From the NCBI GenBank assembly GCA_039096225.1, contig JBBPEB010000024.1, positions 1-64,000 on the forward strand: a stretch of DNA of 64,000 bases. The letters are read 5' to 3'. Within the stretch, counting starts at the first letter, position 1. Every line of letters starts with the position of its first letter. Below, piece by piece: positions 1 through 10,040 of the stretch. The DNA comes from Blastocystis sp. Blastoise. Its lineage: Eukaryota > Protista > Bigyra: Opalinata. The notes under the pieces were generated by a model. The model saw only the letters and a program-made list of their open reading frames with translations, ran no database searches and was not told where the DNA came from. The position numbers and the translations under genes were made by a program.

Positions 1-460
1 TATAAGTTAATAAATCTGTTTTAATAAACCAATTAGTAAAGACATGCATACCCCAACTATAGACAGTATCATTTACTTTAATTTTTCTATTCACGGTTTT
101 CTTTGTAGTTAAGATATTCATATCATTTGGATTATATATTTTTATAAATAATTCACTAACTCTTTCAATTAATTTATGAATATTTTCATCAGTAAGATCT
201 GAGAAATCATTAGTATGGCGGCAACAATCGAAATCAAACCAGAGTCGGCGGTAAGCTTTTTCTGTGGCAGTAGGGACAACATCGACACAATGTTTTAATT
301 CAGGGATTCCACCAGGTTGTTAACTATCAAGATAATTATTAAACATGAACTCATAAAATCTTTCAGGATTGGTAATTAACGTTGGCGGGTGGTTATCCAT
401 GGTATCTTCTTGGTTGAATGTAGAATATTTGCAAATTGTCTGATTTTGAATTTCAGCCAT
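1..460 (-). pseudogene. N-terminus of AEP-type primase (probably D5-like primase-helicase), with in-frame TAA at 320-322; runs off window
   Basis: Manual translation from ATG 460: ...YLDS*QPGG...YRRLWFDFDCC (hhhDhD motif)...YSWGMHVF (His motif); not in ORF track. Confidence 0.75.
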
Positions 461-517
461 TTTCAACGATAATTACATAAAATACAAACAAAATAAATAT
501 AAAAAGGAAAATTAAAA

Positions 518-594
518 TAAATATTGCTCCAAAGTTCGTCATATCAGGAAAAAAATGGAATGAGTGGTTTTAAATATTGCTCCAAACGTCGTCA
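518..594. repeat. Two 24-bp direct repeats in the divergent primase/SSB intergenic region
   Basis: TAAATATTGCTCCAAAGTTCGTCA (518-541) and TAAATATTGCTCCAAACGTCGTCA (571-594). Confidence 0.85.
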
Positions 595-746
595 GAGTGA
601 CTCAGTGATTTGTCAAAAGATATTGGAATATTATTGGTTAAAAACGCAATTATAGTGGAAACAGAGAATTGTTTCTCGCCAGTGTCATTTTAGGTTTTGA
701 AGATATTTATTTTTCATATTTTATTTATTTTTTGATTTTTTTGAAA

Positions 747-1487
747 ATGTCTAGTGTTGTTATCCGCCCTGAAGAACCCTTTGATACTGCGAAGTTATCC
801 CTTATTAAGTTAGAATCTACTGATAATGTCTCTAAAAGGTATGATGTATGTTATGATGGTAAGAAAATGTTAATTCAAACTCCCGCCTTAATTGCTCCTT
901 TTGCTTTGAAATATTTCCCTGATGGTTTCTCTTCTAAATTAACTTTATTTATGGATAATGAAGAATTTAATAATATGGTAAAGCTGATTGATGAATTTGT
1001 ATATATGTCTTTATTCCCTAATGCTGAAGATCGTGCAACTTATATGGATTTTGTAATGAAGAAATATCCTTTTTCTCTTGATAATAATAATGGAATTAAT
1101 TGTTCTTCTGATAAGTGTTCTTGTTTATCTGTTAATAGGCCTTCTAATTTACTTTATTATATAGATTCTCCAATGAAAAGTACTCCAATTAAGGTAATGA
1201 CTGTGAATGTCCCATTAAGTAATAATTGTGTTCGTTTGAATACTTATGATTGTGAGCAACACCTGTTAACTTGTTTTCAAAATGAAAGATACCCCGTACA
1301 AAAATTTAATGAAACGTTCTTAACTCCTGGTAGCTTAATTAAGATTTTATTTTCAGTTGGTGTGAATTATAAGATAATAAATGGTAATCCCCGTTATTTT
1401 TTCAATTTATATGCTAATCAATTGATGATCATTGAAAGAAATACTCAAAGTCTGAATACTATCCCTGTATGCTCTATTAAACCTTAA
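747..1487 (+). CDS. Putative ssDNA-binding protein (DUF2738/T7 gp2.5-like OB fold)
   Basis: YDGKKMLIQTPALIAPF...KLTL motif and C-terminal ANQLMI; likely ATG at 747; divergent from primase. Confidence 0.55.
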   Translation: MSSVVIRPEEPFDTAKLSLIKLESTDNVSKRYDVCYDGKKMLIQTPALIAPFALKYFPDGFSSKLTLFMDNEEFNNMVKLIDEFVYMSLFPNAEDRATYMDFVMKKYPFSLDNNNGINCSSDKCSCLSVNRPSNLLYYIDSPMKSTPIKVMTVNVPLSNNCVRLNTYDCEQHLLTCFQNERYPVQKFNETFLTPGSLIKILFSVGVNYKIINGNPRYFFNLYANQLMIIERNTQSLNTIPVCSIKP

Positions 1488-1574
1488 ACATTTTTATTAT
1501 ATATTTTTTTGTCTTTTTATAATATTTTTATATTTTTAATATTTTGTTTTGTTTTATAATTTAATTATTTCTAT

Positions 1575-2417
1575 ATGTCAAAACAGTGTTTTTCCTTTAT
1601 AATTTGGCCAGGTAGTAAACGTCGCTTTGCTTCTCAAATTGCTGATATTATTCAAACATTACCTAATGAAAAAAATGAATTTCCAACTTATGTAGAACCA
1701 TTTATAGGTAGTGGTCATGTATTTCTGAATATAATTCAGCAAGATATTGCCCATGGAATAATAGGCCGTCAATACGTAATTAATGATACAAATACTGACT
1801 TAATTAATTGCTGGAAATTTATACGTAATTTTCCAATGGAATTAATGCAAGAATTAGAAAAAATAAGTTTTGATGAAGATAATACTGAAAATTACTATAA
1901 TTTACGTAAAGTCTTTAATGAATGTAAAGAACCATTTTTACGTAGTGTATATTTTATTGCATTAAATAAGAAATGTTTCTGTGGTGTATATTCTGTAAAT
2001 AAAAAAGGTGAATTTAATACTCCTTGGGGATATAATAAGAATCGTCGATTATATAATGAAAAAATAATATTGAATATATCTTCATTTTTAAATTTGAATG
2101 ATGTATTAATATTAAATGAAGATTATAAAACAATAATAAAAATGTTTCCAAAAGCTATATATTATATGGATCCTCCTTATTTAGGTACATTTGATCGTTA
2201 TAGTAAAGATAAATTTTCTAATGATGAATTTTTAGAAAATGTGAAAACTATGAAAGATGCTACTGGTGTATATATATCATGTAATAATGATATGAAAGAT
2301 ACATTTGATAAAAAAGATATTAAATATACTGAAGTATTATCTTTTTGTCGTCAAAATACTTATATACGTAGTAAAGGTGCAAAATATGATGAATATCTAT
2401 TACATATAAATTATTAA
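1575..2417 (+). CDS. dam: Dam-like (D12 class) DNA adenine methyltransferase
   Basis: WPGSK, YVEPFIGSG, IND.N.DLIN, N..G.FN.P.G and YMDPPY motifs. Confidence 0.93.
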   Translation: MSKQCFSFIIWPGSKRRFASQIADIIQTLPNEKNEFPTYVEPFIGSGHVFLNIIQQDIAHGIIGRQYVINDTNTDLINCWKFIRNFPMELMQELEKISFDEDNTENYYNLRKVFNECKEPFLRSVYFIALNKKCFCGVYSVNKKGEFNTPWGYNKNRRLYNEKIILNISSFLNLNDVLILNEDYKTIIKMFPKAIYYMDPPYLGTFDRYSKDKFSNDEFLENVKTMKDATGVYISCNNDMKDTFDKKDIKYTEVLSFCRQNTYIRSKGAKYDEYLLHINY

Positions 2418-2480
2418 ATTATATATAAAATTATTTTATTATTATAATCTTAGTTTTGTTTTAAAAAATATTTTATAATA

Positions 2481-3962
2481 ATGCAAAGTTGTGTATTAGG
2501 TATGCCAAGCCCTGGTACGTTTGGAATGAATAAAAAGGGTGTTGGTAAACAATTTCGAACGTATGAAGCACAGCCACTACATACACCAGATCAATATAAT
2601 CCATTAATATTTGAAGTAAATCCAAATTCATCATTTTCAGTTTCTAACTTAAAAAAGAAAGAAATAAATGATGGTAAAAAAGATACTTATATTAACCGTG
2701 AAAAAGAATTTGGTATAAATACCGGTGCTGGCGGTGCATTAATAAAAGCTAAACCCGTGGGAAAAGGTGTAATAAATAAAAGAAGATATGATGATGATAT
2801 TGATGATGAAACAGAAGCTCATGATATAAATGAACCAAGAGTAGTACCTACAAATTTTAGGGCAAGAAACCGTATGGGTCCAAAAGGTAAGGGATTAGCT
2901 TATAATTCCCGTGAATTAAGTAAATTACAAAATAACCAAGGGAGTGGTATATTTACAAAAGCAATAGGTCATACGATGAAAGCTATAGGTAAAGCAACTA
3001 AACATAAATCAGTAGAAAGTATAGGTAATATGTTAAGTGGAAATGGTATAGTACGTAATGTAGTAGGTAATGCTACAAAAGCTGTAGGTAGATTAGCTAA
3101 TAATCAAACAATACAAGATATTGGAGATAATATTTCAGGGAAACGTGACACAGTTATTAATACAACCACTAGAATTTCTAGACCAAATAATGAAAGAGTG
3201 GAATCCGAGAAACCTAATAAATCATTTGGTGGAACACTAATAGAAAATCATTTATCAGGTGTTATAACAGCAATGAATGAATGTAAAGGTGGTGCAATGA
3301 GTGATAAGGCTGTAACACGATTTTATAAAACAAAACATAAAAAAGGAAAATTAATTCCACCACAAATAGCATATGCTTTACAGTATATGGTAGATAACCG
3401 TAAAGGAATGCGTGCAGCTGGCTTAAAACCACTGAATATGTCTAAAATACGTAAATATATAGATTTTAGTGAATCTCCTGATGGTAATCATTTGCGGCTT
3501 AGGCGTGGTGGTGGTGTAGTTGATGAAATTATGGGTGTAGTAAAGAATTTACCAGATATATGGAATACAGTAAAGACAATTCCTTCTAAAATAATGTATT
3601 ATGCACAACCAGGTAAATTAAAAGAAGCATGGGATACAATGAAAGAAGAAAATGAAATTAAAAAACAAGAAATGGAAGTAGAAGGTGATTATCATAAAGA
3701 AGAATTAAAAGAAAGAAAGAAAAATTTAGAAAATTACCAGAAACAGAAAGCAGCAAATTCCAAGCAAATTGTTCAAAATGATAATTTAATTGCTGATAGT
3801 TCTGAAAAAACTTCAGATGCGCCTGAAATAGAAAATAAGCCAGATAAAGCTAGTGGTGTATTACGTGCTGCTGGTAGTAAACAAAAATTAAAAGGTAAAG
3901 CATTTTATGAATATATGCAACAATGTAAACGAAATAAACATGGCAATAAGTCAAAAAACTAA
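2481..3962 (+). CDS. Basic GxG-rich putative virion core protein (paralogue A)
   Basis: Lys/Arg/Gly-rich with repeated GAG/GKG/GSG/GGG; homologous to 24581-25699; ends in A_AAA_AAC-TAA. Confidence 0.6.
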   Translation: MQSCVLGMPSPGTFGMNKKGVGKQFRTYEAQPLHTPDQYNPLIFEVNPNSSFSVSNLKKKEINDGKKDTYINREKEFGINTGAGGALIKAKPVGKGVINKRRYDDDIDDETEAHDINEPRVVPTNFRARNRMGPKGKGLAYNSRELSKLQNNQGSGIFTKAIGHTMKAIGKATKHKSVESIGNMLSGNGIVRNVVGNATKAVGRLANNQTIQDIGDNISGKRDTVINTTTRISRPNNERVESEKPNKSFGGTLIENHLSGVITAMNECKGGAMSDKAVTRFYKTKHKKGKLIPPQIAYALQYMVDNRKGMRAAGLKPLNMSKIRKYIDFSESPDGNHLRLRRGGGVVDEIMGVVKNLPDIWNTVKTIPSKIMYYAQPGKLKEAWDTMKEENEIKKQEMEVEGDYHKEELKERKKNLENYQKQKAANSKQIVQNDNLIADSSEKTSDAPEIENKPDKASGVLRAAGSKQKLKGKAFYEYMQQCKRNKHGNKSKN

Positions 3963-4543
3963 GAGGAGGAGGTTTAGAAGAAAGTAAAAATGAGAAAATA
4001 ATACAAGAACACTTAGATTGTGATAATCCTATTATAAGTGATTCTGATAGAAAAGTAACTCCTAGATCTCCCGAAGATTTTTCTCAAAAAATTAGTCAAT
4101 ATTCATCAGTTCCCATGAATTTATTAAAACAAGTATATAACTACGGTTATTTAAATAAACCAACAAGTGCGGTGGCTTGTAGCCGTGCAAAGTCAACAAT
4201 GAATATGTTAAATCAGTCAAATTCAGAAGGTTTTAATTATTATAATAGTTATGAAGAATTTGAAAATAATATAGATAATGATAGAACAAAATATAATATG
4301 ATATTTCATCAAAGTAATTCAGATCCTAACTTTGGCCATTTTGAAGCTATTATCTATACTCCAAAGAAAATAGAACATTATAGTAGTCTTGGGAATAAAC
4401 CAAATTTTAGTAGAAATTTTGTAAATAGTCATAATATAGTATTCAGTCCAATTCAGCATCAAAGCACGTCTGAAAATGCTAATGGTTGTTTTTATTATTC
4501 TTTATTATATTTAATTAGTCACGGTAATGTAATGCCATGTTGA
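3953..4543 (+). CDS. Adenain/Ulp1-like maturation cysteine protease, probably reached by -1 frameshift
   Basis: FGHFEA (His), YSSLG, QHQS...NGCFYY (Gln/Cys); frame open from 3950 and conserved with element 2 about 50 aa upstream of first ATG (4115). Confidence 0.8.
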   Translation, partial: KKLRGGGLEESKNEKIIQEHLDCDNPIISDSDRKVTPRSPEDFSQKISQYSSVPMNLLKQVYNYGYLNKPTSAVACSRAKSTMNMLNQSNSEGFNYYNSYEEFENNIDNDRTKYNMIFHQSNSDPNFGHFEAIIYTPKKIEHYSSLGNKPNFSRNFVNSHNIVFSPIQHQSTSENANGCFYYSLLYLISHGNVMPC

Positions 4544-4630
4544 AAAATTCTGATGTGAACTGAATATATTAAATAAAATAAATTCAAGGTTATTGACATA
4601 ATTATTTTATTTTTCTATATAGTAATAAAA

Positions 4631-5050
4631 ATGTCACAACCTATTAATATGCATAATATGACTTATGCAAATTTTGCTGAAGAATTACGTGGTATAAAAA
4701 AAGATGCTATAAGGTCCTATGGAAACCGTATATTTAGTTTATGTTGTAGATTTATAGATTTTCATAAGAATGCAAATTTTACAAAAAATGAATTAAATGG
4801 TTTACGTCGTGCCAGTGAATTTATAGACGATAATCAATGTCGTAAAGAAATTCAAAATATTATAGATAAGGAAATACAAAAAATATATTCTAAGAATATT
4901 TATAATAATAATAATTCTATTCTATCTTCACAACCACATATATCTTCTATAGATAATGATTTAACACAGCCACCCTTTATAAATAATAATCGTATGAATC
5001 AAAATGATTGTATGTCAGTAAATTCTTTTTTTAATAATAATAATAATTAA
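4631..5050 (+). CDS. Conserved hypothetical protein
   Basis: Homologous to 23454-23939 (M.QP...F..FH...K.EL..LR/IR); same position after protease. Confidence 0.75.
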   Translation: MSQPINMHNMTYANFAEELRGIKKDAIRSYGNRIFSLCCRFIDFHKNANFTKNELNGLRRASEFIDDNQCRKEIQNIIDKEIQKIYSKNIYNNNNSILSSQPHISSIDNDLTQPPFINNNRMNQNDCMSVNSFFNNNNN

Positions 5051-5196
5051 TTATTTTTTTATATATAATATATATGTGTTTTGTTTTAATTTAAAAAAAA
5101 ATAATAACTAAACAACAAATAAAAGAATTAATAATATTTATTAATACAATAAAAAAAATATAAATAAATAAATAAAATTATATAAAAAATAAAAAT

Positions 5197-5829
5197 TCAT
5201 TCTTTATCAGAACTACTACTATTTTCTTCAGATTCAGAAATACAATCAAGATTAAGCATTGGAAAATCAATTAAAGGAGTTAAATTACGTTCAGGTTGAC
5301 TTGGTTCAATCTTAGTTCTTTTAGCTTCATGAGTAGGAGTTCTTGGTGGAGTATCAATACCATTCTTAGATATATTATACTTTACAAATTTTTCACATTC
5401 ATCATATTTTTCTTTACGAATTCTTTTCATTTCCTTAAATAATTCTCTAGGATTACGAATACTTTGAGCTTCTGTTTCAATATATATAAGACAATTATCT
5501 ATATCTCTGAGTCCCTCAAAAATTCGTTTTTCTATATATACATGAAGCTCTCTATTATCAGTAGAATAATCAATAAGAGCTAAATGTTCAGGGGCAGCTT
5601 TCTTGGCATTTTCATCATTCAAGATTTCATCATATAATTGTATGGTTTCACCTAAATAAGAAATTAATTGTTTCACATTTTTCATTGTTTCACGAATATC
5701 AAAAACATTATCTACAAAAGTACTTTCATGAGGTTCACCAATATTCCATTTCAATAATTTCAGTTTCTTTTCTAATTTTTTTTCTTTAAGGAGTTCAGAG
5801 TAAGGTAATTTATTCAAATCTTCAGACAT
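5197..5829 (-). CDS. Hypothetical protein, helical N-part, TP motifs, acidic Ser tail
   Basis: 210-aa ORF with ATG and downstream TGTTTAGTT motif. Confidence 0.65.
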   Translation of the reverse strand: MSEDLNKLPYSELLKEKKLEKKLKLLKWNIGEPHESTFVDNVFDIRETMKNVKQLISYLGETIQLYDEILNDENAKKAAPEHLALIDYSTDNRELHVYIEKRIFEGLRDIDNCLIYIETEAQSIRNPRELFKEMKRIRKEKYDECEKFVKYNISKNGIDTPPRTPTHEAKRTKIEPSQPERNLTPLIDFPMLNLDCISESEENSSSSDKE

Positions 5830-5950
5830 TTTCAGCAGAATTCAGAATTATTTAAAAATAATAAAAATAAAATAAAAATGATTTATAAAATAAAATAAAA
5901 AAATAGAGAAAAGTGGAAACTTATATCTTTAAAAAGAGAAACTATTATTT

Positions 5951-8267
5951 TTAATTATATTGGATCTTTAATAGTATGACACACCTAACGTCACAACGAA
6001 TTTCAAATGACGTAATACTTGGTAATAATGACAGCATACTGCGATTACATACATACGTATTTGGTTTCATATATTGTTTTATACAATCATATTTTTGATC
6101 AGAATTATAAAAATAAGGTAATTCCCCTGGGAATATCATATGAATAATATTTTGATATTTATTAGGGAAACAATTAAGAGAAACTATTCCATTTGTGTTT
6201 TCTGTAATATTTGTAGATAATACTAAAATATTTGTTAAATAAACATTATTATATTTTAAGACTTTATGAATATTAAAACTTAATTTGTCTGAATTTGTAA
6301 AATCACAATAAATTTCATCCCAATCTAAGAATAACCGTGGGATTGTTACAGGTTCACAGACATTACAAATAATATTTCCTTGAAAAGGATGATCAAATAA
6401 TAATTTTATATTATGATTTACAGAAATTGGAGAATTTACATTATTATAATAGAGAAACTTTTGATCTGTATTAAATATACAAACAGGATTTTGAAAATTA
6501 TTTATATATAATGAATTTATTTGACCAGTAGTTGTAGGACTATAATTTTGTATAATAATATCTTTTATAGTTTTATTTATTAAATTCAAATCTTTAAAAT
6601 CAGTTTCAAAATCGATATCTTGAGTTAAACATGATAAATTTAAATTTTTTAATGTTTGTGGCTGTTCTAAACAATCAACAGTATCTTTTAATTCTAAAAA
6701 ACCAAGTAATTTTGTATTATCTGCTATTGCTATTCCATTTCCTAAATTATCAGTAAAACGAAATCTTAAAAAATCTGTATGTGTTGTTCCTACATTAACA
6801 TGACTATTTATCATTTCATGAAATTGATTATTCCCAAGGGGATTTCGTATTGGTATACAACATAAGCAATTATTCATAGTATCTGATATATTACAGTGAC
6901 ATTGTAAAACTGATTTTTTTCCCAGTAATATTAGCTACATTCTCACTTATTTTTATATCATCATTTAAATAATATTCTTGTGTAAATCCTAATATTTCAC
7001 GTAACTGTGGGCAACTAGCAAAATTAATAAATCTTGCATCTATATATGTATGATATGTAGGAATAATAGTAGTATTTATTGGAGGTGTATATCCTGGTAC
7101 CCATTGTTTTAATTCTTCTGGATAATCTGTATATTTAGGCATTGGACCATCTTGTACATCCCACATATTTATAGGTGTAAATGAATTAAAATATTTAAAT
7201 GTTTGTAAATTATGTAATATACCATAATAATCCATTAAACTATGTTCTAAGTCATAATTACTTAAATAAACATAATTTAATTCTTCATTTTGTAAATACC
7301 AGAATGGATGTTCTTCTGTCCAGTCATCAAGTGTATCAATACCACCGGGTTGTATTGTTGTCACCCATTCAATACTTATTTGTCTACAAAATTCTTCATA
7401 AAATGATTTTTGTGTATATGTTCCAGGAGGTATAGTAATAAGAAACATTTTTGGATCATCAGCACCCATACTCACATATATTGTATTTTTTCCTTCTTCA
7501 ATATCAGCAAAATTAACTACTCTATCAAATTTCCATTCTTGTTTACATATTGTTTTATCATTAGTATCAATAAAATTAATATAATTATATTTATTATAAT
7601 CACCTGATATACTACTTGCTAATGTATTAAAATGAAATGTATGTGCAGTACTAAAAATACCTGTAGTAGTACCATGATTAATCCAATGTATAGTTTCACC
7701 ACTATTTGCTAATCGTATACTATAAACAAATTCACTCCAATCTACGCAAAATCTACTTGTTGTATCTTTATCAGACCAAAAACTATTCATTCCCCATACA
7801 ATTTCTTCTACATATTCTTGTTCTGTATATTTACCATTAGGTATAGTTGATTGTTGATTTCTTCCTGCACTAATATATATTTTTACTTTATTATTATTTG
7901 AATCTACAACAAAGATTTTAGGTTGTTCATAAGTATAAGATAATAAAGCAATATTTTCATTATTTTCTTCTTGTTTTAATTTAAATCCAGTTCTATTTAA
8001 TAAAGTAGATAAATCATAATAACCTTTAGGAATATCAATAAGACTACCATTTATAGCTAATGTTTCATCTTGTTCAATAGTATTAAATATAGGTATTTGC
8101 TCATTATTAGAATTAATATTACTACATAAATTAAGATCAACAAAACCTATAGTATCACCTTGTATATCAATATTTGTATCAAGATGTACATCAAATTCAT
8201 TATTAACACTTAAAGTGTTAATAGGTATAATTTGTGTTTTAATAATATTATCATTAGTTTCAAACAT
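5951..8267 (-). CDS. Large minor-capsid/penton-like protein with repeated IPxGxY insertion modules; split by 1-nt frameshift near 6915
   Basis: Removing one A from the A7 run gives ITGKKSVLQCHCN, collinear with ITQGKSMLRCHSN in element 2. Confidence 0.65.
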
Positions 8268-8339
8268 ATTTATATATATAAATTATTATTTTAAAATATA
8301 AAAAATAATTATTTATTTTTTTATTATATTTAAAAAAAA

Positions 8340-9929
8340 ATGAAATTATTAAGAATAAATAATACTATTCCTATTCAATCAGATGTTGATTTACTTAATG
8401 AATCATTTGCATTTGAATATGATTGGACTAATGTTGATAGTCGTTTTACTAATTTTAATCAAAGTTATTTAGAATTATCTATTATAGTAAATGATCAAGA
8501 GGATACGATACCAGAACATTTAACAAGTACTGAAGAAGATGAAAATTATTGGGGAAACTTTATTACTCCTATATATAAAAATGGTGCATCTTCTCAGTTA
8601 AAATTATGGGAAGTAACTCCTGGTAATGGTGTATGGAATGATAGTCTAGGTGTTACATATACATTTAATAATTTATTATTTTTTACAAAACAAAAATTAT
8701 TAAAATATTTATTAGATCAGTTAAAACAGTTAGTTAATATATATTCACTTATTGATAGTGCTGATATAGAAATGGTTTATGGTTTACCTGATGGTAGTGA
8801 ACGTGCTATAAAATATCATGAATCTTCATTATTTTCATCTAGAGCTAGAAAAATGATTTTATTAAAAGATATTCCAAAATATGAATTAGAAAAATCTATG
8901 TATGGTGAATCTTTATATTGTCCACAAAATGAATTAACATCATTTCGTTATTTAGTAAGACATAATAATGAATCATTAAAAATAGCTATACCATTATATC
9001 TTATAACTGGTTTAGGTGTTGATGGTGATTGTTTAAGTTTAGTAAAACATATGAAAATATTATTTCGTACAGCTCCTATTAAATCAATGCTTAAAAATGA
9101 TGATATTATATATACAAAAAAATTTATACCTTCAAAAACATCAGGTCAAATATATGATAAAGTAAATGAACAAACTATATGGAATACTTTAAATATAAGT
9201 TGGATAGATAAATTTATTTTAAAAGGTGCAAATTTATATTTAATGACATATGAAGATGTAACATTTAATCATGATGAATTATATAAAACAATACCTACCT
9301 ATATACAACTAGATTATAGATATGATCCTATTAAAAGAAATACATTTAATATTAATAGAGCATTACCATTTATACCAGAATATGTATTATTTTATTTTAC
9401 TGAAGGATGGGATATTAATAGAGTTAGTAATATTCCTACACCATATATATGGCCAACATATTTAAGTTGTTTAGTAGGTAATGTACAAATGTTTCCACAA
9501 ACTGAATTTCCTACTCAAAAATATTATAGTAATTTATTATTAAATGGTTGTGTTGGTGATACTCATGAATTATATCATGATCAATGTCCAAATAAATCAT
9601 TATATTCATTATGGGCAGATAATTCAAATCCTGAAACAAGTTTAGATTATGATCATTGGATGAAACATCCTATATATATTATACCTTGTAAAAGTTTAAT
9701 GAATGTTATTCCTAAACAAGGTGTAGAATTAAATTTTGATTGTGTTCTTGATGCTCATAATGTAAAATATATTTTTAAAGATGATTCTACATATTTTGAT
9801 GAATTAGGAAAATCATCTGATATGATTGTTAAACATGCTGGATATGAAAGACAAGTTAATGAAGAAATAAATGAAACTCATATGTATACAATACATATGG
9901 TTGCAGTTAGAAGTTCAAGAGATATTTAA
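8340..9929 (+). CDS. Putative double-jelly-roll major capsid protein, paralogue 1
   Basis: 529 aa, beta-rich; shares F..SYLEL, NIYS.ID, S.ARK, IPL.LITGL, F.P.Y, PIY..P with the next gene; in block with penton and ATPase. Confidence 0.6.
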   Translation: MKLLRINNTIPIQSDVDLLNESFAFEYDWTNVDSRFTNFNQSYLELSIIVNDQEDTIPEHLTSTEEDENYWGNFITPIYKNGASSQLKLWEVTPGNGVWNDSLGVTYTFNNLLFFTKQKLLKYLLDQLKQLVNIYSLIDSADIEMVYGLPDGSERAIKYHESSLFSSRARKMILLKDIPKYELEKSMYGESLYCPQNELTSFRYLVRHNNESLKIAIPLYLITGLGVDGDCLSLVKHMKILFRTAPIKSMLKNDDIIYTKKFIPSKTSGQIYDKVNEQTIWNTLNISWIDKFILKGANLYLMTYEDVTFNHDELYKTIPTYIQLDYRYDPIKRNTFNINRALPFIPEYVLFYFTEGWDINRVSNIPTPYIWPTYLSCLVGNVQMFPQTEFPTQKYYSNLLLNGCVGDTHELYHDQCPNKSLYSLWADNSNPETSLDYDHWMKHPIYIIPCKSLMNVIPKQGVELNFDCVLDAHNVKYIFKDDSTYFDELGKSSDMIVKHAGYERQVNEEINETHMYTIHMVAVRSSRDI

Positions 9930-10040
9930 TAATATATTTTATAATATATTTATTTTATTATTATTTATTTATTTTTTTTTTATTTAATAAATATATATTT
10001 AATTATATATATATTTTTTAATAAAATATTTAAATAAAAA

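Noticed and set aside
1575-2417. Bacterial prophage or restriction-modification system suggested by Dam and recombinases
   Set aside because: Spliceosomal introns, eukaryotic transposon flanks and PLV-type morphogenesis genes; no endonuclease recognised
6905-6925. Programmed frameshift in the large penton gene (also 11775 and ~33718)
   Set aside because: These need +1 shifts, lie in or beside homopolymer runs, and are continuous in the other element; mutation or sequencing error is more likely
7199-7607. Short overlapping or antisense ORFs (also 15232, 16783, 23513, 24828, 27367, 36778, 39868-41890, 44773-45151, 50108)
   Set aside because: Shadows of real genes or AT-rich noise; not conserved between elements
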